46,818 nt of DNA from Selaginella moellendorffii (Eukaryota > Plantae > Lycopodiophyta). The stretch covers positions 1,213,453 through 1,260,270 of the forward strand of contig NW_003314278.1 of the NCBI RefSeq assembly GCF_000143415.4. Direction: 5' to 3'. Of the stretch, positions 1 through 10,320 are shown in pieces. Position 1 is the first letter of the stretch. Every line of letters begins with the position of its first letter. The notes under the pieces were generated by a model. That model did not search any database. It was not told the origin of the DNA and worked only from the letters and a program-made list of their open reading frames with translations. The position numbers and the translations under genes are program-made.

Positions 1-330
1 TCAGATTTCACTATCTAGCACAAAGCTTCAACACTGTACTATCCTCAAGGCAACGGTCAAACAGAGTCTACAAACAAGACACTCAAAAACATCCTCATGA
101 AAATCGCAAAAATAAATCAGAAAGATTGGGATGATCACATCTACGATGCTCTGTAGACATATTGAACTACATATAAAGTTTCAACAAATTTGATACTATT
201 CAAGCTCACTTACGGCCTTGAAGCTTTGACACCACTCGAGTATATCATTCCATCACTAAGAATGGCAATATAATACAAAATCGACCAAGAAAAATCTATC
301 AAAAAAATGACTAACCATGCTAGAACAACT
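1..330 (+). mobile_element. Ty3/Gypsy integrase remnant
   Basis: Manual translation gives YPQGNGQTESTNKTLKNIL...DWDDHI...YKVST...LTYGLEA, the end of a retroviral-type integrase core, with in-frame stops. Confidence 0.75.
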
Positions 331-489
331 TATTGCTAGCTGAGATCCTTTGACTATCTCGTTTTGAAGCTTTGGAATGCTCAAGGAGTCTTTTCTAACT
401 CAGCAAAGATGTTGCTTCATATGATAGCCAAGGCTAACTATTATCAAACAGTTCTATTGATAGAGTTATGCAATCTCATGTGTGAGGCA

Positions 490-1790
490 CTACTTTGATG
501 ATGTCCTATGACTAAGGAGGAACATGAGATGCATGTGAGGCAAATGCTACTGCTATTGAGGGAGAATAAGCTGTATTCTAAACTGTCAAAGTGTGAGTTC
601 TTCTTGGAGGAGATCACCTATCTCGGACATGTGGTGCTATGAGATGGTGTGCAGAAAGATCCTCAAAAGACTCAGATAGTCATTGATAGTGGATTCTGTA
701 AGAGTGTCTGTTGATCGAGGACGTGTGTTCTAGTAGAGACGCATTTATTTTGGCCTGGAATGAAGTCAGGTGTTGATAAGTATGTGCACAGTTGTTAGAC
801 CGGCCAGGCAGTCACAATGGATTGTCAGAAGCATGAAGGTCTCTACCATAGTTAACCTCAGCAGAAGTGGGATAGCATTTTCTATGAGTTTCATAGTAGG
901 TGCTTCAAAGCAATGATTCTATCTGGGTTGTTGTGGATTGTGTGATGATGTTGGCTCACTTCTTCCTTGTGAAGATGAATGCTAAAGCTTTTGACCTTGC
1001 TCAGCTATATTTCTCTATGGGCTGCCTAAGGATGCTGTAAGTGATCAGGATCCCACGTTCACTTTGGTGTTTTGGCAGATGGTGTTCCAGAAGCTTGAGA
1101 CAAAGCTGAGCATGAGCATCCACATTCAGATGGACAAACAAAACGAGTTAATTAGGTGCTGGAAGACATGCTGAGATCGTTTGTTGGTCATCTGAAGAGG
1201 CAAGGTATTTGGGAGAAGTACCTGCCTTTGTTAGAGTTTGCCCATAACTGTGCCTTCCATTTGGCTATTGAGATGGCTCTGTTAATGGCAATGTATGGCT
1301 TTCAACCTCGGTCCCCTATTGGTATGAACTTGGCTTCTCTTAAGGTGCACCAGGTAAAGGAGTTGGCTGATGAGCATCGTCAGCACAAGCAGTTTCAGGT
1401 TGGAGACAAGGTTTTCCTTCGGTTGTCTGAAGCTCAATGAGCTCTTCAAGGTGGAGGTAGTTCTAAGTTATGGCCACAGTACTGTGGGCCTTGGATTATT
1501 CTCAAACGAGTTGGAGACCTTGCCTATCAACTAGACTTGCCTAGTGGTGTGAAGATTCATCCTGTCTTCTATGTAGGAAGTTGAAGGCATGTTTGCATTC
1601 TAGTAATATCTTGGACCAGTCTGCAATCAAGATTCCAGAGATAGATGTTTGAAGGTTGGCCATACTTGTGTGTTATAACAACGGCTAGTGCGCACACATC
1701 GTAAGACTTGGAGAGAGTTACTTGTTCAGTGGAATGGTTATTCTCCATATGATGCTACATGGGAAGCTGAGGATGATGTTGTTTCCTAAT
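490..1790 (+). mobile_element. Degenerate chromoviral Ty3/Gypsy pol (RT, integrase, chromodomain pieces)
   Basis: RT piece LRENKLYSKLSKCEFFLEEITYLGHVV near 560-640. Integrase piece LEDMLRSFV...YLPLLEFAHN (ORF 1156-1440), then YCGPW...AYQLDLP...IHPVF. Chromodomain-like LVQWNG.SPYDATWE near 1720-1770. Many stops and frameshifts. Confidence 0.85.
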
Positions 1791-1946
1791 TTCGAGTATG
1801 ACTTGGATGACATTCCAGAGGAAGAGGAGAAGTAATCGTTTGCTCCTATCCTTTCTTTCTTTTCTGACCCTGTTGATGGCTGGAGGTGTTGTGTCACGTG
1901 AGACAGTTAGTGTTTTTGTTAGCAGGATGCTTTGCTAGCTTCTCTC

Positions 1947-3470
1947 TCAGCTACTGTTCATCATAGTTGGAGCAGAGGGAAAAATGTCACCGTATTTCGT
2001 GATGAACCAGCTGATTCTGGACCTAGGTCTCTGATCAAAGAGCCAAATACCAACTGCAAATTTGCATGTGAAGAGGTGTTCAAGCATCTCCACGGGGTTT
2101 TCATTGCATAGAATACACAGAGTTTTGTGAACTGTGAGCCAATCACCAACAGGGATGCTGTCCTGCACAAGAAGCCAGCTTACCTTAGCTTCCACCAGTG
2201 TCTTCCACATGTTCACAATGTACTTCTGATTCTTCAACTTCCACATAAGCTTGGTGTCAATTTTATCCATCAAAAGCTCTCTGCCATGCTTAGACCTGTA
2301 CATAAAAAAAGACACACTGAACTCATTACCTTCCCAGGATAACTGAGCCGGATCCTATATAAGATCAGATTTAGGTACTCCCCAAACTAGTGTATTGCAG
2401 AGCATTCTCCCAGTTGAACCTTAGGATCCAGTTCAGTGTATTTCCCTCTCTGATGTATCATCCTGATCCTTTTACCGAAGGCCATCCTGGGAACTGGGAC
2501 CTCCTTGGGAACTATACATGGAAACAGTGCACCACTGTTATGGGGATAAAAAACAATACCTTGAGGTGATGGGGTTGTTTCCATAACAAAGATGATTTGA
2601 GTCTCAGCACCATCAAGCATTATCCAATCACGAACCTCAATAACTTCAGTTTGTAAAGCAAGATGAAGGCGATCACAAGCAATGCTGCCTTAAGCTTTGA
2701 TGTGGAGTTTTCATCCTGGGTTGTAATGGGTTGTCATGAGGCCATCCGATGAGCAGGGTTTGCTCCAAGCGGACGTTAAACAAATACCTGACTTTACCTT
2801 TTTCATTGTATCATACCTTTTCCACTGCTGAGGAAGAAAAACAAGATCCCAACAAGAACTTTGCTGCAAGTGATGGCTTGCTAGCTCTTTGTAGATCCAA
2901 TAAGTCTTTGATCGAAGCTCCCACATTTCTATGCCACCTAGCCCAAAGACCTCTACCCAAGCCTGGAGCTGAACAGTCACCTATATACTGTTGATTACTG
3001 TTCTTATGCGCTACGTTGAAGAACAAGCGATCAGCTAATGCCTCTGTCAGATGGTCTGGTTCTTTCTGACTTAACCTGGGTAGGAGTGTGACTTCCATAT
3101 CTTCAACATCTCTTTTGCTATTCCATCCTGGACCTTCTTTGTGTTGAGAGGAGCAGTGCCAATCGATTCCTTGTTTCTAGTTACCACCCTGTCTAGGCAA
3201 GATCTTCAGTTTCGTGGATATAAACCTGACACAATCACTCTGAAGAGAAGAGCTTTGGATTGAATTCCTGGGTGTGGCACATTCCAAATAACTGAATTCC
3301 ACTCTACTTTTGCCCAGACTTTGCACCCGCTGGAGTTTCTAAAGTTTCTACATATGTCGTTGGAGATCAAGTGTTGGTGAGTTATCGGGTGTTGCGGATC
3401 CAAGGTTTTTGCTGCGTAGGTCCTTATCACATCGTCCAACAAGTTGGTCCACAAATCTATGTGGGGCACT
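1947..3470 (-). mobile_element. LINE (non-LTR) ORF2 3' remnant with zf-RVT-like zinc finger
   Basis: ORF 1947-2315 has W..LVQDSIPVGDW...CILC....E..EHLFTC.FA.GIW, the typical plant LINE C-terminal zinc finger. Upstream Trp-rich fragments lie on the same strand. Boundaries are approximate. Confidence 0.65.
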
Positions 3471-3849
3471 CAATGCACAACGTCAAGAGAAGATCCATGT
3501 GAAGCAGTTAGCTCGATATTGTGTGTGAACGGATTGATGTAAGGATTCTACCATATATTCTATGGTAGATATAGATAAACTCAACAAGATTGTATTTATG
3601 GAGCCCACAAGAGTAGGAGTGAGGTGTTATCATATTATGAATCCCACAAGATCAAGAGTGAGAGGTGTTAATCACATTTTTTATATGCTCCATATGATCC
3701 TGAGGTTTAGGGATATGAAGGGGGAGAGGAAGGGAAAAAAAGAATTAATTAGAGTGAAAATGCGAGTTATTGTGAAATCAGAGTATAAATGTGACGAGCT
3801 AACTTGCGCAGCTTAAAAGAGGGAAGTAGGAATGCTCGGATGGAGTTCC

Positions 3850-5130
3850 ACCAGGTAGAAAAGACAAGTCATACCTCAAGACTCGGATTGCTCCCAACCC
3901 CCTGCCTCCACCCGGTTGCCTACTTTAACCAAGCCCCAGCAGTCTTGGCGCACAGGGATGACATCAGCCCTAACCTCTTGCTCCACTGCTCCTACTTCTG
4001 AGCTTCTCCCCCCCTTAAGAAAAAAGGTCTGTTGCTCTCTTGGAGTTCAAGAGGCATCCTCTTCACCATCTCCTCTGTTTTTGCTAGCTAGTTAGCTCTT
4101 ACAAGAAGGAGCACAAGCCAAGTTCAGCTCCATGCTCAGCTCTATCATCTCCTCTTTAAGACACCTCACCTCTTTGAAGCCATTCAGGAGAGCTAGCACG
4201 CTTCACGTCCCCCCCCCCCTCTTTTTTTTGCGATTGTCTCTTCAAACTCATCATACTTATTTAACTCACCAAACCTTACCAAGCCGAGTGCAGGTTTTGA
4301 AACCCCATGAGTCACCTTCCATCTTCCAGTTGAGCTCTCCAACAATCTTGACGTGCGGATGCGTGCAAACTGCTCCTTGAGCCAGGACCATTTCTCCAGG
4401 AGATAACTTATGCTACAACACCCTCCGCTTGACGATCTCAATGTGGAAAGATCCACAAAGCTGTCCCACTCATCATAGTTGTAGAAGAAATCATCCTCAT
4501 ACTGCATCTGCAACCTTGCTCGAGCCCAAGCCTCCGCCATTGCAAGCTTCTCCCTCATCTTGATCAGCTCACACTTGAGGCGGCAAAACAAGTCCAGGTC
4601 CTGAGGAACAACAATGGAATACACCTTTCCTGGGTATCTGTCTCGAAACCTGTGAAAGTACAGTGGACGATGTGGTGTTTCAGATCGCAGCGGAATGATA
4701 ACTTGATGAAAGCAACAAAACCATCAAGCTCGCTCTTTGGGGATCAATTATCATCTCCTCCTTTGAAGCAATGAGCAGCAGGCCTTGATCGCATCCAGAA
4801 GTACTAGAGATAGTCTGCAAAAGCAAGTTTGACACCAGTTATTTTGGAACCACAGAAGAAAAAGAAGAAAAATAAACTCAAGTTTCAAAATTTATAGAGA
4901 TCCATACAATCCAAATCAAGATCAATCTTCCACGAACTTAATGCCGCTTTCAGCACCTCCAAGCTCTGCCGAAAAACGTAGCCACGGTATGCCACAATCG
5001 TTCGCTTGAAAATCTGAAGATGTCAATCGAAGCATGCAAGCAAAAACATGAAGTAAAGAAGCGCAGGTGGACAACAAAGGAGATGAACTGAGCGAGGCCA
5101 AGAACACATAAGGACTGAATGTAAGCATGT
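3850..5130 (-). pseudogene. Uncharacterised degenerate coding-like segment (possibly F-box-associated), copy 1
   Basis: Fragmented minus-strand ORFs (4193-4624, 4922-5128) are conserved in the second copy at 28450-29720. No family was confidently recognised. Confidence 0.3.
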
Positions 5131-5882
5131 GAGGCCTTGTGCGGTTTTTTCCTCTGTGCGTGGCTTCATGTGCAAAGAGTTTGGTGTGGTAAGGTATGTT
5201 GCGGAGCAGCCAGAAGCCCAGGGTGAATATAAGTACGTGAGGCCTTGTGAGGTTTTACCACCGCCCGAGGACTCCTGTGCACAGGCCCCGGGTGAGAGTC
5301 ATTTGCGAAAGTGTTCTGCATGAAACTGGTGCCCTGAGGCTTCTGGCCGTGTAGCCCCATGAAGAGCATTTTTTATTTAATTTGTGTAGAGTGTGGTTTA
5401 TTTTTGCATATTGAGTGTATCGATATCTTTTAGTTAGCAGATTATATTGAAGAACTGAAGACTACCTACAGTTAAGTGCATGCAGCAACAGATTATATAA
5501 AAAATGAATGCAGAGAATAACAAATCGGGATTTCTAGGAAGTTCGTGCGTGTTGTTAGTAATAATAAGTAATAATAATAATAATCATAAAAACCTGATGT
5601 TCAGCCAGTTAGAAGATTGTCTGAAAATTATGCATGTACTGATTCTTCAGCTCTTGAGCAATTGATTGCTGCTGGCTCACTTTCTATATATATCAAAGCG
5701 ATTTGTTTTTAACAATAAACATCTATAAGCTGTGACATTGTAAAGTTTGAAAAGGAAAAGAATTAGAAAAAGAAAAAACAGAAAACACGAGCTTTTTACT
5801 GCTACAGTTAAGTACTAACAAATCGGGATTTCTAGGGTATGTGTGCGGCGCTAGGGTTTGTGTGGTGTGTGTGTCATTTCTC

Positions 5883-8800
5883 ATGGAGTGGAAAACGTTT
5901 TTCAGGGATCCCACTTTCTGGTGGGACAACAGGTTCAAGAAGAAAAACAAGTTCTTCTCAGAGTCCTACCCGGATTTCAAACATGTTTCTACCGGAGAGA
6001 GCCTGTGGATCGCCAACAGGAAAACACCAACCTGGGTCTCTGCAAAAGTCGAGTCGCTCGCTGACCCAGCTGTAGGTAAGGCCACCACGGCCCGCTACAA
6101 ATCTCCACATACCCCACCTGTAGCTGGTGATGAACCGGTGAGTTTAGGGAGGCTGATACACCTCGTGAGAGACTCAGCTGAGAGCAGATCCCTTTCTTTG
6201 GGAAAACAAGCCCATGAAGCTGTGCTCAAGAGTGATGAGCACAAAAGCAACATCTACTTGTTGACGGGATTGATCGATATGTACTGCAAGTGTGGCGAGC
6301 TTGAGGAGGCTCGCAAGATTTTCGACTCCATGGGAACCCGGAGTCTTGTGTCCTACAACACGATCATCCAGGGCTGCGGCTCGAACGGGCAAGCTGAACT
6401 TGCTCTGGAGTACTACTCTGCCCTGAGAGCTTGTACCACCATTCAACCCAACGATTGGACACATGTCGCGGTGATCAGCGCCTGCTCCAGACTTGCTACC
6501 GAATCCAGCGAGAAGAGGGAGAGAGCTCTACGCATCGGGATGGAGATCCATTCAATGCTGAGCAAGGAGAAGAAACAGGTAGATCTGTTCGTGGCGACTT
6601 GCCTGGTAGACATGTACTGCAAGTGTGGCGAGCTTGAGGAGGCTCGCAAGATTTTCCACTCCATGGGAACTCGGAGTGTTGTGTCCTACAACGCGATCAT
6701 CCACGGCTGCGGCTCGAACGGGCAAGCTGAACTTGCTCTGGAGTACTACTCTGCCCTGAGAGCTGATAACACCATTCAACCTGACGATTGGACACATGTC
6801 GCGGTGATCAGCGCCTGCTCCACACTTGCTACCGAATCCAGCGAGAAGAGGGAGAGAGCTCTACGCATCGGGATGGAAGTCCATTCAGTACTGAGCAAGG
6901 AGAAGAAACATCTAGGTCTGTTCGTGGCGAATTGCCTGGTAGACATGTACTGCAAGTGTGGCGAGCTTGAGGAGGCTCGCAAGATTTTCCACTCCATGGG
7001 AACTCGGAGTGTTGTGTCCTACACGGCGATCATCCAGGGCTGCAACACGAACGGGCGAGCTGAACTTGCTCTGGAGTACTACTCTGCCCTGAGAGCTTGT
7101 ACCACCATTCAACCCAACGATCGGACTCATGTCGCGGTGATCAGTGCCTGCTCCAGACTTGCTACCGAATCCAGCGAGAAGAGGGAGAGAGCTCTACGCA
7201 TCGGGATGGAAGTTCATTCAGTACTGAGCAAGGAGAAGAAACATCTAGGTCTGTACATGGCGACTTGCCTGGTAGATATGTACTGCAAGTGTGGCGAGCT
7301 TGAGGAGGCTTGCAAGATTTTCCACTCCATGGGAACTCGGAGTGTTGTGTCCTACACCGCGATCATCCAGGGCTGCAACACGAACGGGCGAGCTGAACTT
7401 GCTCTGGAGTACTACTCTGCCCTGAGAGCTTGTACCACCATTCAACCCAACGATCGGGCACATGTCGCGGTGATCAGCGCCTGCTCCAGACTTGCTACCG
7501 AATCCAGCGAGAAGAGGGAGAGAGCTCTACGCATCGGGATGGAGATCCATTCAATGCTGAGCAAGGAGAAGAAACAGCTAGATCTGTTCGTGGCGACTTG
7601 CCTGGTAGACATGTACTGCAAGTGTTGTGAGCTTGAGGAGGCTCGCAAGATTTTCCACTCCATGGGAACCCGGAGTCTTGTGTCCTACAACGCGATCATC
7701 CACGGCTGCGGCTCGAACGGGCAAGCTGAACTTGCTCTGGAGTACTACTCTGCCCTGAGAGCTGATAACACCATTCAACCCGACGATCGGACTCATGTCG
7801 TGGTGATCAGCGCCTGCTCCAGACTTGCTACCGAATCCAGCGAGAAGAGGGAGAGAGCTCTACGCATCGGGATGGAGATCCATTCAATGCTGAGCAAGGA
7901 GAAGAAACAGGTAGATCTGTTCGTGGCGACTTGCCTGGTAGACATGTACTGCAAGTGTGGCGAGCTTGAGGAGGCTCGCAAGATTTTCCACTCCATGGGA
8001 ACTCGGAGTGTTGTGTCCTACACGGCGATCATCCAGGGCTGCAACACGAACGGGCAAGCTGAACTTGCTCTGGAGTACTACTCTGCCCTGAGAGCTGATA
8101 ACACCATTCAACCCGACGATCGGACTCATGTCGTGGTGATCAGCGCCTGCTCCAGACTTGCTACCGAATCCAGCGAGAAGAGGGAGAGAGCTCTACGCAT
8201 CGGGATGGAGATCCATTCAATGCTGAGCAAGGAGAAGAAACAGGTAGATCTGTTCGTGGCGAATTGCCTGGTAGACATGTACTGCAAGTGTGGCGAGCTT
8301 GAGGAGGCTCGCAAGATTTTCAACTCCATGGGAACTCGGAGTGTTGTGTCCTACACTGCGATCATCCAGGGCTGCAACACGAACGGGCGAGCTGAACTTG
8401 CTCTGGAGTACTACTCTGCCCTGAGAGCTGATAACACCATTCAAGCTGATGCCTGCACCTACACCTGCGTCCTTGTTGCTTGCGGGAGTGTGATGGCGAT
8501 CAAGCTCGGGAGGGAGATTCACCAGCTGGCGAAGCATAAAGGGCTGCTGAAAAACGATCCAGTTCTGGGCTCCAGCCTGGTGACCTTCTACGGCAAATGC
8601 GGCGATGTTGATTCTGCTCAGGAAGCATTTGACGAGTGCCGAGCTCGGGACGACACGGGTCTCTGGAACTCTCTCATACAGGCTTACACTCTCCAGGGCC
8701 GATCGGTCGAGGCCTTGGAGCGTTTCTATTCCATGACTCAGGAGGAGGGCTGTAAAGCTAACGATGTGAGTTTTGTTTCGGTGTTGAAAGCTTGCAGCCA

Positions 8801-9587
8801 TGGTGGTCTGGTCGGGAAAGGAAGGCAGCTTCTGGATGAAATGCCCAAGCAGTATGGAGTCAAGCCACGTCTGGAGCATTATGTGTGCCTGATCGATATG
8901 CTCGGGCGAGCTAACCTCCTCGACGAAGCTGTGAGAGTTCTCAGAGCCATGCCTTTTGAACCGGATGCAGTGGTTTGGACGTCCCTGCTAGGAGCCTGCC
9001 GGAAGTGGAAGAATTATACGATCGGCAAACTCGCGTTTGAGCGTCTTGTGGAGATGGATCCCAAGAGCGGCACGCCCTACGCATTGATGGCCAATATATT
9101 TGGAAACCTGGGGATGCTCAGTGAAAGGGCTGCTGTTGTGGAGAGAATGAGAGGTGAAGGCAGCTTCAGGGAGCCCGGGAGAAGCTGGTGGACGGATGTT
9201 AGCTCAGGAAAAGTGCATTCTTTTTCTGTCAGGGATAGGAGTCACTCACAGAGCGACGAGATTGCGGCCAAGCTCAAGCAATTGTTGCTGAGAATGAAGG
9301 AGGAGGGGTACGCGAGCGATGTGATCAACGTTCTAAAAGACATACCCGAGGAAGAGAAAGAGGATCACCTGTGCGGCCACAGTGAGAAGCTTGCGCTGGG
9401 GTGTGCTCTGGTGAACTCGCACCAGAAGGAGACCATCAGAATTGTGAAAAATCTCCCAGTTTGTGACGGTTGCCATGCGGCCACTGCTCTCATCTCTAAG
9501 CTGGAAAAAAGGCTAATCATCTGCAAAGATGCCAGTCGGGTTCATGTGTTCCAGGATGGCAGATGTTCCTGTGACAACTGCTTTTGA
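5883..9587 (+). CDS. PDF-motif / PLS-PPR / E1-E2 / DYW:WW deaminase protein, copy 1
   Basis: Open frame from ATG 5883 (the ORF track starts at GTG 5841). N-terminal WWDNR...PDFKH...LW...PTWV motif; six 111-aa P-L-S triplets; then P-L-S, P2-L2-S2, E1-E2; PGRSWW box, HSEKLA and CDGCH zinc ligands; ends CSCDNCF. The true start may involve an upstream exon. Confidence 0.93.
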   Translation: MEWKTFFRDPTFWWDNRFKKKNKFFSESYPDFKHVSTGESLWIANRKTPTWVSAKVESLADPAVGKATTARYKSPHTPPVAGDEPVSLGRLIHLVRDSAESRSLSLGKQAHEAVLKSDEHKSNIYLLTGLIDMYCKCGELEEARKIFDSMGTRSLVSYNTIIQGCGSNGQAELALEYYSALRACTTIQPNDWTHVAVISACSRLATESSEKRERALRIGMEIHSMLSKEKKQVDLFVATCLVDMYCKCGELEEARKIFHSMGTRSVVSYNAIIHGCGSNGQAELALEYYSALRADNTIQPDDWTHVAVISACSTLATESSEKRERALRIGMEVHSVLSKEKKHLGLFVANCLVDMYCKCGELEEARKIFHSMGTRSVVSYTAIIQGCNTNGRAELALEYYSALRACTTIQPNDRTHVAVISACSRLATESSEKRERALRIGMEVHSVLSKEKKHLGLYMATCLVDMYCKCGELEEACKIFHSMGTRSVVSYTAIIQGCNTNGRAELALEYYSALRACTTIQPNDRAHVAVISACSRLATESSEKRERALRIGMEIHSMLSKEKKQLDLFVATCLVDMYCKCCELEEARKIFHSMGTRSLVSYNAIIHGCGSNGQAELALEYYSALRADNTIQPDDRTHVVVISACSRLATESSEKRERALRIGMEIHSMLSKEKKQVDLFVATCLVDMYCKCGELEEARKIFHSMGTRSVVSYTAIIQGCNTNGQAELALEYYSALRADNTIQPDDRTHVVVISACSRLATESSEKRERALRIGMEIHSMLSKEKKQVDLFVANCLVDMYCKCGELEEARKIFNSMGTRSVVSYTAIIQGCNTNGRAELALEYYSALRADNTIQADACTYTCVLVACGSVMAIKLGREIHQLAKHKGLLKNDPVLGSSLVTFYGKCGDVDSAQEAFDECRARDDTGLWNSLIQAYTLQGRSVEALERFYSMTQEEGCKANDVSFVSVLKACSHGGLVGKGRQLLDEMPKQYGVKPRLEHYVCLIDMLGRANLLDEAVRVLRAMPFEPDAVVWTSLLGACRKWKNYTIGKLAFERLVEMDPKSGTPYALMANIFGNLGMLSERAAVVERMRGEGSFREPGRSWWTDVSSGKVHSFSVRDRSHSQSDEIAAKLKQLLLRMKEEGYASDVINVLKDIPEEEKEDHLCGHSEKLALGCALVNSHQKETIRIVKNLPVCDGCHAATALISKLEKRLIICKDASRVHVFQDGRCSCDNCF
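5889..6038 (+). other. OSB-type PDF motif (50 aa)
   Basis: WKTFFRDPTFWWDNRFKKKNKFFSESYPDFKHVSTGESLWIANRKTPTWV matches from memory the W..FF..P..WWDNR..K.....PDFKH..TG..LW....P.WV consensus of plant organellar ssDNA-binding (OSB/pTAC9) proteins. Confidence 0.85.
6252..8450 (+). repeat. 333-bp tandem repeat array (PPR S-P-longL units), copy 1
   Basis: P motifs start at 6345 + n x 333 (seven P motifs). Units are near-identical at the nucleotide level. Confidence 0.97.
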
Positions 9588-9826
9588 AAACACTTTCTTG
9601 CAGTTATCCCTGGTTTTAAACCCTCCGTGAGTCAAGCAGAAACATGGGCCGCTGAGTGAGCATGCCTCGTCAAAGTACCGCCGTCAACCTGAACTTCACG
9701 GAGAAAAAATTAACATTTAAAAGTTAAAACTATGCAAAAGGAGGATGACACGTTGTCTTTTAAAATTTAAATTTCTTTTTGGTAGCAGAATCGGGAAATG
9801 CAACTGACGCTTGTAGCTACCATTTG

Positions 9827-9857
9827 CATGCAGTGAAAAAAACGTCTCAAATATAAA
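9827..9857 (+). promoter_or_regulatory. Candidate RY element (CATGCA 9827-9832) and TATA box (9852-9857) upstream of the PCC13-62 fragment
   Basis: Motifs are seen 110-140 bp upstream of ATG 9966. They are short and could occur by chance. Confidence 0.35.
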
Positions 9858-9965
9858 TGCGAGAGACTTCTTCCTCTCCTATGCTGACCCAACCCGAGGT
9901 ATCACATTTTTCTTCCTCTGAGCTTCGTAGCTAGAGATAAAAAAAAGAGAGAGTTTGCAAGTGCG

Positions 9966-10318
9966 ATGGGTTTGATCTTTGGAACTAGCAGTGTTGTGGT
10001 TTTGATCCTCCTTTTTTCTGGATTCTTTGTTAGCTATGCTCACGACGAGGAAGTGTGTGGAGAGGTCTCGTCGGCTGCGTTTGCTCCAAAAGGAGATGTC
10101 ACGCCCGATGACAAGAAGTTACTGGCATTCCCTTTGAATCTCGAGTACCTGGAGACAGAGTTTTTCGCTTATGGGGCTCTCGGCTATGGCTTGGACAAGC
10201 TTGATCCCGGCCTTGCGGAGAATGGCCCGGCTCCAAAGGGTGCGCAGAAGGCCAAGCTCGACATTCTGGTTCGTGACATCATCGCCCAGTTTGCTCTGCA
10301 AGAAGTTGGTCACTTGAA
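9966..10318 (+). pseudogene. Desiccation-related protein PCC13-62 (ferritin-like) first exon fragment
   Basis: Signal-peptide-like N-terminus followed by LLAFPLNLEYLETEFF.YGALGYGLD...GPAPKGAQKA.LD...DIIAQFA.QEVGHL. It ends at a GT donor (10319) and the rest of the gene is absent. Confidence 0.85.
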
Positions 10319-10320
10319 GT

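Noticed and set aside
6252-8450. CRISPR-like or non-coding satellite interpretation of the regular repeats
   Set aside because: The units are contiguous, in frame, have no unique spacers and encode PPR motifs, in a eukaryotic context.
6174-8879. Numerous 60-220 aa alternative-frame and antisense ORFs recurring every 333 bp (also in copies 2 and 3)
   Set aside because: These are shadows of the PPR repeat. Their periodicity follows from the tandem unit and they have no independent motifs.
9174-9587. U-to-C (DYW:KP) editing factor
   Set aside because: The box reads PGRSWW and the active site is HSE with an intact CxxC. This fits the WW C-to-U type rather than the KPAxA / HAE type.
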